From Perkinsus chesapeaki ATCC PRA-425 (Eukaryota; Protista; Perkinsozoa), in contig JAAPAO010000088.1 in the NCBI GenBank assembly GCA_013115145.1, positions 22,047 through 86,046 on the forward strand: a stretch of DNA of 64,000 nucleotides, in the 5' to 3' direction. The position numbers and the translations under genes were made by a program. How positions within the stretch are numbered: position 1 is the first letter of the stretch; each line of letters starts with the position of its first letter. The notes under the pieces are model-generated. The model ran no database searches, had not been told where the DNA came from, and saw only the letters and a program-made list of their open reading frames with translations. This document shows, piece by piece, positions 51,782 through 61,930 of the stretch.

Positions 51782-51970
51782 ATGGCTAGAGCTTCCACCA
51801 CCAAGAAGAACGTTAAGCGCACAACAACAAAGACTAAGAAGAGCGTCACGAAGAAGGCCTCTACGAAGGCTACCAGCAAGTCCATGAAGAGCTCGGTCCG
51901 TAAAGGCGCCAAAGCTGCCGCTAAGGGTTCGACCAAGGCCACCTCTTCACAGCGCTCGAGACGCGGCTAG
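51782..51970 (+). CDS. 62-aa Lys/Ala/Thr/Ser-rich basic protein, histone H1-tail-like
   Basis: MARASTTKKNVKRTTTKTKKSVTKKASTKATSKSMKSSVRKGAKAAAKGSTKATSSQRSRRG*: 15 K, 6 R, no D/E; mostly AAG Lys codons as in the RPL18 gene. Confidence 0.65.
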   Translation: MARASTTKKNVKRTTTKTKKSVTKKASTKATSKSMKSSVRKGAKAAAKGSTKATSSQRSRRG

Positions 51971-53679
51971 AATTGATCGACTTGTTGTCAGTAGAACGGG
52001 TCTTTGTGCCCAAATTGATTATGCGTGCTCTCGATATCGATTTAAAACCGTTGTAGAACATCCTCCTTCATCTGGACTCCTACCGGGGCTTCATGATGTG
52101 CATGATGATGATCTTACATATCGTATTAATCAGTGTCGTTGTGTTAACAGTTGAACAAGTAGGAACGGCTCACTCAATAGGCTCGTAACCTTGTGGGGAG
52201 CAGCGGAATCATCGCTCGTGTGCGTCGCTTGTGTCACTGAAAGATGTTGGCGTCGTGTATGGTAGGCAACTTGCTACGCATAGCGTGAGACAACCATCAG
52301 TAGGTAAGGTCTATATTGGAAACCATAGTGTTGTGGTGCTGCTGTCTTATTACCGGAATAGTTTTACAATAGTATGTGTTTGCGTGGAGGTTCCTGTCTC
52401 CATTTCACCGTGCTGCTCGCGTTTGCCCTTTTTCAAGCCATCCCACCAGCGTTCGGGAAGCTTAGATCCTGTTACCAATTGTTAAGAGTAACTGTTACTT
52501 CTCTCGTCGGTCAGTCAGCAGATCTACAGCCGCACACTAAGGGATTCACAGCTTGGGTCGCAGTCGCACTGGCATCGCACCACCTGGACGATGGTTGTTG
52601 GTAATTGAAGTTTGACTCGCCAAGTAGAGTGTGCCTCTCCCAGCTGGCTGAGTGGCTGTACAAGCAGAGGCTTTGCCCTATCTTATTAAGTTGAGCCCAT
52701 TCAAGCTATTCTGTATTAGCGTGATGTGTTACCGGCAATTCCGACTGTCTTGCTGGCCAGATGAACCTTCCTGTGGCTAATCACGTGATGTGTTCACAGC
52801 ACTCTTGTCCTTAACTTGACTGAAGTCAGGGACGCGACAATAACGGGTTAGAATGGCATAGTTGGTCGGCTTCACCGACCTGCTTTTTAACCAATTCTAT
52901 GAATCGATAATTCTGGACTGCCTAATTGGTGGATGACATCCATTGGCGTGACGAGCCTACGCATTCTAACTTAACACTATTCGGATTCACGCACCGGTCC
53001 TGTATCATACGGAAGCAACCTCGTATATACTGTCCCCCTGCGCACCATGCGCTACCGGTGTTCCTAACATGCCCTTGTAGGGCTTTCATCGATGCTTGCA
53101 TGGCAACCGAACAGCAGTATGTCTTGCTGTGGGACGGATCCCCAGTGAGCAATGTTGCCAATATAGACTTGTCACGGTCTTTGTGATGCGCAGTAGCTGG
53201 ATTGGTCTTCTACTGTACCACGCACGCTTTGAATACCAACCGATGGATACCCTATGGACTTCATGTCATAGAGACCATCTCGGGGGCGGTTAACAACTCA
53301 CTTCACCTCTGCTGTTCAATAACGGTGTTCGTGCTTCAATGCCTCGATCAGTTCAACGACTTCGCTTAACAGACAAGTGCAGGCCCAGCTTTATCGAAGC
53401 TTTCACTACCGAAAGTGTAATAGAAGCCCGATTCGCTACACTACGCCATGACTGTATTAATTTTATTTGTTACTCGATTATGGACTAATAACGCAAGGGT
53501 AGTACATTCGTGTGCTGTCTCCCACAGCACAAAGGACTCGACTCAGCGCGCGGTGCTAGTTTACAAAACAGTATAACGTGCATCGCTTCGCTCCGCTAGG
53601 AAGTCCTTTAGATCGATCACATGATCGATAACGTGTAGCCTGGTGCGGAGTAGCATCCACAGGTACAGATCCATTCGCC

Positions 53680-54440
53680 ATGGGTATCGATCTTAAAGCC
53701 GGTGGGCGCGTAAAGAAGCCCGGTCGCCAGACCATCAAGACTGAGAACCCCTACATCCGCCTTCTATGCAAGCTCTACTCCTTCTTGGCTCGCCGTACGG
53801 ATTCTAGCTTCAACGCTACCATCCTCAAGCGTCTCCAGACCTCTAGGAGGAACCGTCCTACTCTCTCCCTCTCCAAGTTGGCTCGCCACATGAAGGGCAA
53901 GGAGGACAAGATCGCTGTTGTTGTTGGCACTATCACTGACGACGCCCGTCTCTTCGAGGTCCCCCAGCTCACCGTCTGCGCTCTCCGTTTCTCTGAGACC
54001 GCTCGCGCTCGTATCGTCAAGGCCGGTGGCTCTTGCATGACCTTCGATCAGTTGGCTTTGAGTAAGTGGGGGGCTTATTGCAATATTTTTACGAATGATA
54101 AGTGTGATAGGACTTCTATGATGATACTCAATCTGATGCGGTTAACAGACCTATATTCTGGTGATACCTAAACCTTTATCTGAGATAGTCCTTAGAGCTT
54201 TGTCGTTGCTTCTTTTGAATTGTTATCTATATAGCGGTCATTTGTCTTTGTCTTTCAGAGGCCCCTACTGGTTCCAACACTGTCCTTCTCCGTGGTGCCA
54301 CCAAGTCCCGCGTCTGCGAGCGTTACTTCGGCAAGGCTCCCGGTGTTCCCGACTCCGACACCAGACCTCGCGTTCGCTCCATCGGTCGCAAGCGCGAAAA
54401 GGCTCGTGGTCGCCGAAAGTCTCGTGGATTCAAGGTATAA
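53680..54440 (+). CDS. RPL18: 60S ribosomal protein L18 (eL18), two exons (intron about 54063-54258)
   Basis: [10 protein letters not shown]...[29 protein letters not shown]...[11 protein letters not shown]...[17 protein letters not shown]|[13 protein letters not shown]...[13 protein letters not shown]. Confidence 0.98.
54110..54191 (+). ncRNA. Putative intronic box C/D snoRNA in RPL18
   Basis: Box C ATGATGA 54118-54124, internal CTGA 54133-54136, box D CTGA 54180-54183, terminal stem GGACT (54110) / AGTCC (54187-54191). Confidence 0.7.
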
Positions 54441-54679
54441 GCTGTTTTTACCTCTATTGGCGGACTTCATCAAGGAGACGAATGGAAGGAGGCTTGATTG
54501 TTGGTTCTTTACGCACGAACACTCACCCCAGTACCTTGTGGCCGCCGAAAGGCGTTGCGTTTGTACTGGCTAGAGTGGCCCTTGGAATCCTTCGGGGTCC
54601 ACTGGGTTCGCGCATCTAGATAGATGTTGCGGTGCTACTAATGCCTGAAGTGTCAATTAGGGGGTGATTTATATTGATC

Positions 54680-54777
54680 TCTTGCGATGATGAAGCTCTC
54701 TAAGTCCGTTTCTCAAACGTTCGCAGTGGTCTCTGACTACTAGTGATGACAATACTTCCTTAGATGTCTGAGCAAGA
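54680..54777 (+). ncRNA. U14: U14 (SNORD14/snR128-type) box C/D snoRNA, copy 1
   Basis: Box C ATGATGA 54687; domain-A-like CGTTCGCAGT; domain B CTTCCTTAGATGT followed by box D CTGA 54768-54771, complementary to the conserved 18S ACATCYAAGGAAG; 6-bp terminal stem TCTTGC/GCAAGA. Confidence 0.9.
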
Positions 54778-54794
54778 AGTGCAAATGACTTCCT

Positions 54795-54868
54795 TTGATG
54801 AAGCTCTCTAAGTCCGTTTCTCAAACGTTCGCAGTGGTCTCTGACTACTAGTGATGACAATACTTCCT
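54795..54868 (+). ncRNA. U14: U14 snoRNA copy 2, truncated by the assembly gap
   Basis: Identical to copy 1 from TGATGA (54796) to ...TACTTCCT, where the N run begins. Confidence 0.8.
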
Positions 54869-54966
54869 NNNNNNNNNNNNNNNNNNNNNNNNNNNNNNNN
54901 NNNNNNNNNNNNNNNNNNNNNNNNNNNNNNNNNNNNNNNNNNNNNNNNNNNNNNNNNNNNNNNNNC
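54869..54966. other. Assembly gap (98 N) inside the U14 array
   Basis: The N run is flanked by U14 sequence on both sides; a U14 3' end (cttagatgtctgag) follows at 54967-54980. Confidence 0.98.
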
Positions 54967-55000
54967 CTTAGATGTCTGAGGTTTACTCTTTAAAAGTTGT

Positions 55001-55092
55001 TGCGATGATGAAGCTCTCTAAGTCCGTTTCTCAAACGTTCGCAGTGGTCTCTGACTGCTAGTGATGACAATACTTCCTTAGATGTCTGAGCA
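55001..55092 (+). ncRNA. U14: U14 snoRNA, last copy
   Basis: Box C ATGATGA 55005 and box D CTGA 55086-55089; one substitution versus copy 1 between the boxes (gactgcta vs gactacta). Confidence 0.9.
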
Positions 55093-55598
55093 CCGAATGA
55101 TATGCATAGAACATAACTCGGTTCTATTTACACTAGACAAGGCGCATCAACATCGATCATGTCATCTACGGTACAGCCCTGCGTATTTGTGGACAGCCAT
55201 AACAGCCTGTTCGGTTGTTAAATGCTTTAAAGGACTACTGTTGAGTAGACTTTCGGCGTATTTCTGTAATGCCATTTCAGCCGATGCTCTATCATCGTTT
55301 GGCAATCCATGTCGAACAGTCTTCAGTCGTCCGCCATTAACTAACCTCGGGACAACAGATGGAATTTTTTTCCTGACAGAGGAAAAAGTTGATGGTGAAT
55401 TCATTTAGTTTTTTCCCTACTTGGAGACAATATGCAGTTGGGTGATTATGAATTCTGCTGTGGCTTCTTTCCATGAAAGAGTTACACTCATATGCTCACC
55501 AGTCTGAAGGATTTCGTTGTCGGCATGATATGTTATTTGACCAGAGATGTACCCTTCCTTGTGGCAGACTCACCTGTACAGATGTCGAGAACGTCCAT

Positions 55599-57669
55599 CT
55601 AGGAAGTTTCAGTAAAGCCTTGTCTATCCCAAACCACAAGGCAAGCACGCTGCCGTATTGCGGATCGGATTGACTTTCGGATTGCTTTTGATTTAGCTTC
55701 CTTTCGCATGTGTCGCCGGAACGGGCAGATTCCGGTTTGATGAAGTTGTGAATTCCTGTGAGGTACCTTCCCGAATTTTCCTGCTCGGTGGATGACCTGT
55801 TCACACGCCAATCTATTCGGATGCCCCACAGAGAGCTGCCCACTCAGTTTCAAGTTTCGCAGTGTCAATAAAGAACTGTCGGTTGCGGTCAAGCGTGGCG
55901 TAAACTTTGATTGTCTCTGTGGTGTCCTGATAATATTTGTTTCTGTTGCGCGTTTGTGGTCGGCCTTTACTCCATTCACATCGCTCCATGCGAGCGAGCA
56001 ATGATCATCTTCGAGGTTTACTTGCTTCATCAACCCCTCTAACTCTGCTGCTTCCATCAACGTGGACTGAGGTTTTGTTCCCAAATTCAGGCCTTCAAAT
56101 GGTTCGACTTCGTCCACTGGTTGAGCTCTTCGTCTGGACGTAGTATAAGGCGCTGGACGTCCCCGAGGCACCTGAAGTCCACCGTAGTGCTACTTAACGG
56201 AACGTTGCGAAATGACAATCCCGCCATATGGTAGGACTTGCGGATTGCTTTAAGTCTTACCTTAAAAGCTGCCGACGCCAGGAGCGGTAACAAAATTCTG
56301 ATCAACTGCGCGTAGAGGATGGCCATGGGTGAAGACAGGAAGGGTACAGACAGGTGTTTTATGAACACAAAAATCAACGGTAGCTCTCATAACAACAACA
56401 GCATAGAACATGACCAAGTGATGGTAGAGGCCCACTCATTGGGATTGCTACAACAGGAAATCATGAATATATCTGATAGCCTCCTGCTGACCGCGACAAG
56501 TATGCCCTAGCAATTCCCCAGCAGCCTCTCCATAAAACAGAAGTCTCTTGGCTGCTGCTCGGTGGTCGGATAGGGAGGGAAATCCATCCATCATGGATTC
56601 TAATTTCCTCAATGAACTGGGTGTCTCCGGCAGGGGCCTACCAAGGTGGATAACGTCTGGTAGGAAGACTCCCTAGAAGCAGCGGCAGCTCACATGGGCT
56701 CGGGACTTATCACAGTGAGGGATACGACTTTAAAGTTGCGTGTTTTAGGATGCCAGGCAAGGCCAACTCCACGAATGATGTTGCCCTGAAAAGAACAGTC
56801 GATCTTATCGGTAATAAGGACGATACTTGCAGACATGAGGAATTGATCAGAGATTGCAGAACAATTAATATTGAATGTGCTTCAGATGGAGTTATACCAA
56901 GTACGCCATTACGGCGAGTGGGTCAATAGTGATGCCGCGGATAGAAAAGGAAAAGGATTGAAAGCTACCATCGGCAAATCTAACTTACATCTCTGATGAA
57001 GAACTCCTTCTCATCCTTAATGGAGTCTTGGAACTCGACGAGCATATCAAATGCCAAACAATATTTACCATATTCTTCATTATCACACTTCTGCTGCTGC
57101 TCCCCTTCAGTGCTGAACCGGCTGATGTCACCGATATCAGCACGGATCTTCCCATTCAACTGCTCTTTGCACGTTTCACCGTGCTTTGGGTCGAGTTGGG
57201 TATCCATAAAGGCGTCCAGACCCACATAGTATTTAGCCGCGGATCTACCAGGGCAAGTAAAGTGCAGCCGAGTACGTTCCACATCACTGGACTAAGTCTG
57301 TCCTTTTCATTTCTTTCAAGAAGGTCTGGAAATACGACGGGACTTGCCCAACATGGCTCGGCTTGGCCAAGCTGAAATAAAAAACGACTGCAATACGACC
57401 ACTAGCTGACCTGTACTTCATGCGGAAGCTCAGCGAGTCTATGGCGTATGGTTCATGCGCCTGCCACTTTCTGGCGGATATTCCTATTGACACCTGGAAG
57501 ATCCGTACAACAGTGTGTGGAGGCACTCGCCACAACTCACCCCATTCGCTTCATCAGTCCACTGTGAGTAGCATTTATCATCGGTCCCTCTATCCGAGTT
57601 GACCGCGACGTTGCCAAAGCCTTCTAAAAGGCTGTCCATTTTCACCGATGATAGAGCGTTCAATTGCAA
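55599..57669 (-). CDS. Hypothetical coding segments (one or two orphan genes)
   Basis: Open segments 55599-56171, about 56430-56790, 56980-57282 and 57484-57669 have protein-like composition and some splice signals; no family recognised. Confidence 0.25.
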
Positions 57670-59404
57670 AGTCTCAAGCTCATCGGTAAGGCTGGCAACG
57701 CCGCTGCCCGTAGTTGCGTCGCTCGATGTGGGTGAACGACCATACGGAGCTGCCCGTCCACTTTTACCCTAAAGATACTCTAATAACCCTCAATCAAAGC
57801 AGGCAGATCATTACGACAGATTTCCAAATACCAAATTTTTTGCGGTGCCTTCACAAAGACAACGTGAAAATTTTACGACTGAGTGCTGTACATCAGTGAC
57901 CCAAAAACTGAGACGGCTGAGACATGGAGAGCGCTACCTATCCGACGGCGCTCGAGTGGGCCAGTAACTTTAGTCGAAGAAATCGGACGAAATCGGCGGA
58001 TACCGATACCACACTCTTCGGACCCCTCTCCGCTACAAAAACCGGCTGACTTCTTAGACAGTTCCCCAGAAGCAATCGGGACTGTCACTGGACATTCGGA
58101 TCGAGCCACCTCCTCACCTTGCGCTGCCTCCATGCAGCCATCGCTGTAATGCTGCTGAGCGCCACCAGAAGTAAGCGGATATAGTTAACAAGTAGCATTC
58201 AAAGACGTGGAAAGGGACAACTGTCACAACTGCCTGAGGTAAATTGACCGACACAACTCCAACTGCTATGAATATGAACTAAGTGTTATATGTATTGAGA
58301 AGGTTATTAGGAATATATTGCCGTGAGCAGGCTGCTGCCTCTTGCCTTCTCCTCACTAAGCAATTGAATAGCGGCTCCTCTATCATGTGGGGGCTCCTTA
58401 TGCCCATGAAGCCAGCAGTAGCAGCAGCAGAGTAAAAACAACAGAATGCTCCGACCGAGGCGGGAATGACCCGACGAGCTCAATGAGGAGCAGACGAGAG
58501 AGAAGGAAGTCGCATCCGACAATTTATAATTCAAAATATAATTGTGGGCATATTATATACGCTATTTAATGATGATGACGAGCTGGACGCTCAGGAGGGA
58601 ACCAAATACGTGATATCCTACATGACCAGCAGCAGTAATGATCAGCGAAGATGCTACACCAGTGCGAGACGGCGGCGATGAATGGCACGGAAACTTAACG
58701 GAAACAACCATTATCGCCCGGGCTCGCTGGAGATGAAGAGACCTCTATCAGCCGTGCACCACAGGACGCACTTGAATTCAAAAAGATGATAACAAACACG
58801 TGCACTAGTCTTCGTAATGATCGGGCGCGCATGCTCGGAGTTCTTCAGCAGTTGCAGAGTAAGGAAAGTTGACCTGAAGGGTTCGAGGGTGCTCAGAAAT
58901 GGGACAATGACTTACAGGAGGACGCCTGTGATGATGATCTGCAGCGCATTCAACTGGCAGAGATCGTACTGGGCAGGATTCCACCTGAATGACAACTTTA
59001 AGAGAAATTAGTTCGATCCTACGTGTACTACTGAAAAATTCGGAGATCTATATGTACCAAATTGAAGTGTTCAGAGTGTCGACGAGTCATTTTCCTGCCA
59101 CCAGGGATCATCGAATAAATCAAATTCGAACTCGACGACAGAATCGCCTCCAAAAATGGCGGAGCAGATCGAGTTTGATACGCACTGCAAGCAAGCTGCC
59201 CGTTCCTGTCTACGTATCATCCAGCTGTAAAGCAAACTAGTACTGGACTACGGCGACCTGGTGCGTTTCGAAGTCGGTAATTGGAATCAGATGCCTACCT
59301 CGGCCCGTCTCTGAGGGATATACAATCCATAGGTGCCCATCGAAAAAGATGGAATATGATAACTACCAGCTGCAGACGGACCGGAGGAGTAATAACCATT
59401 ACCA

Positions 59405-60169
59405 TTATAATAGCCGGGGCAAGCCTGATGTGATTAAATGCACTTTGAACCTATACCGGAACTTCTTACCAATGAGGAGGCCTCGAAAGACTCTGCGAAC
59501 GGCGACGGGGTAAATTCGTCTACTGGCACGGAAGGAGGCGATCGGCCCATCATAGCTGCTGCGCCCCGAGCTGGCCGATGACATATCTAACAGAATCAAT
59601 TCCAGAGCGGCGACGCCAAGCGCTGTTATTTCGCTTGGCATAATTTCATAGTTCAATTTAGAATATTTCATAGTCTCCCTCAGTTGGTTTATACAACTTC
59701 CTCATCGATTCTTTAATCATGTTACACACAAAAAACGACCTAAATTGTAAAAAAATCCCCAAAACTTTCCGAGCCAATGTCTGTGGGCAATAAGGACCTA
59801 CATCGGTTAATGAAGACGCAATGCTGATGACAGAATCGCAGCTGCTGGCGATGCTAGCGGTGCTTGACGAACCCTTCTTTTTCCTGGCGGACCTGGCCAT
59901 GCTCCTCCTCAAGGAGATGAGACGGGAATTAGAGTGCTCTTGAAGACTGTGGGCGAATCTGAATGATCTGGTCGCGAAGGCAGGGAGCCGTATAATACCC
60001 ACCGACACATCTGTCCCAGTCGGCAGCGGTCCTTCTTGTAGTAGCCACAGATAGGCTTCAAACCCTCATCAACGGTCGTGCCCTGCTCGCCACCTTCACC
60101 CGAGTCAGCAGCCAACCGGGTGTCCTGAATCTCCTCCGAGGCTTTCATTTGCGTGTCCGGATGAGTCAT
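59405..60169 (-). CDS. Single-CCCH zinc-finger protein A (multi-exon)
   Basis: KPICGYYKKDRCRLGQMCR|FAHSLQEHSNSRLISLRR across an intron. Confidence 0.65.
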
Positions 60170-60779
60170 TGAGAAAAGCTAACATCAATCTTATCTACTT
60201 AATTGATCAACACCACTCATCAAGTGCCTTTCAATCGTTATACCTTCGCTCATCGCGGGATGTGGGAACCGCGGAACACCAATACAATAATAAATGCCAT
60301 TCGACCACGTCAGCTCTCCTCCAGTCGCAACCGTCGTCCAACTTCGCTAAAATGCTGGAGCAAGCGGCGGTGGTGCCATTCAGAGAACTGCAGACAGGCG
60401 ACGCCACGAACGGCTTGGAGGACAAGACCCGACAGGAAGAGAGAAGACAAAGAAGATAATACCGGCCAAGTTTAATCAGCTCAGCGGTAGTCTCCTGGCG
60501 ATCTGGCAGCTCGGGCAACATGGTACAGTATCCAATCAAAATGTGGGGCAGGACACCGGGAATAGTGATGAAAGGATATGGACGGGGAGCCACTACATGA
60601 CGAAGGAAAAATACAATAGGTTGTTAACAACAAAGATACTCTCGGGGACACTAGGAAAAATAACAGCCGCAATCGAGCTGGCTCACCAAATAGCCTTGCT
60701 CGATGATAAGCTAATAATGGACCCTGGATAATGATAGCTTCCGAACGGGCCAAACACCAAGCACGCGACCAATATAGCT

Positions 60780-61627
60780 TTACTGTGCGTCGGAGACGGC
60801 ACTGGTTTGAGGGAGCTTGCTGGTATGCTCGTTATTGGAAGTCATCATAGCTGGGGCGTAATAGATCTGCTGGCCCATAGGAGCAGCTGGTGTTGCTGGA
60901 GCTGCTGCTGTCTGATAGTAATAATACATCTGAGGAGGTAAGAGTGTGACGAGGTTAAAAGGATCTTATCTCACTTGAGCTGGCTGAACTGCCATACCTC
61001 CGTTGGGCACCGGGACGGAATACATTCTAACCTCCTGCTGTTGCTGCTGAGGAAAGACAATCAACTACTATCAAGCGGTAGTCCTCCTACCTGCACCAGA
61101 GCTGCCGGAGCTGGAGCCATATACCCATACACCTTGGGGGCAGCCACCGCTTGCGGAGCCACATACGTCTGATCACGAGCGACTGGCATTACGCAGCAGT
61201 GCAAGGCAGCAGCTTACCTGATTGGTCTGCTGATATTGAGGGAAACGACGCATGAGAATGAGCCTAGGGTTCTTGTGCTCCTTCAAAGAGTGTGCGAACC
61301 GGCAGGCATTGCCCATTCGGCAGCGGTCATTCTTGAAGTAGGCGCACAGAGGTCGAGTAACCTGGGCTGTCGGACCCTGTGGAGATCTGAGTTGTGGGGA
61401 CTCTGCCGAGTTAGGCGACGAGGCCACTGTGGCTCGGTCTGCTGGGGAGGACTAAAGGATATTAATAAGTCTGACGACAGGATGAGCTGGTAGGTTACCT
61501 TGGAGCTCTGATCAATTGAAGAGCAATCTGAAGCCACTGAAGGGCTACGGGACTTGGCAGGGGCGGTAGTCGCTGATGTGTCGAGCTGGAGGCGTAGTTG
61601 GCGGGAACGATCACAGGCGCGGCACAT
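60780..61627 (-). CDS. Single-CCCH zinc-finger protein B with a Q/P/Y-rich low-complexity tail (multi-exon)
   Basis: RPLCAYFKNDRCRMGNACRFAHSLKEHKNPRLILMRR; putative last exon ...MGQQIYYAPAMM...AVSDAQ*. Confidence 0.65.
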
Positions 61628-61930
61628 TGTGGAGAGTTGAAATTGTTGCTAAAATATCTGAGACGTTAGTTGGATAATGAACCGAGGAAAATCGCTTGGA
61701 AACGCACGAGGAGGGAAAGATCGCTCGAAAGCAGCGGGGTGATAGTAATGAGAATCTTGAGGTTGAGCTGGGTAAAGGAGCAATTGGGACGATTCATGCG
61801 AGCGAAATGTGTCCCCTTCGAACGCAAACCGCGAACGGTAAGGCGAATTTGTGGATCACTTGACTGACTTGACTCATCTTGTAGTTCCTTAACGATATTT
61901 ATTAGACAGACCCTCGATGACGGATCCTAA

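Noticed and set aside
52000-53600. Several 60-85 aa ORFs between the H1-like gene and RPL18
   Set aside because: No homology cues or consistent exon chain; treated as intergenic.
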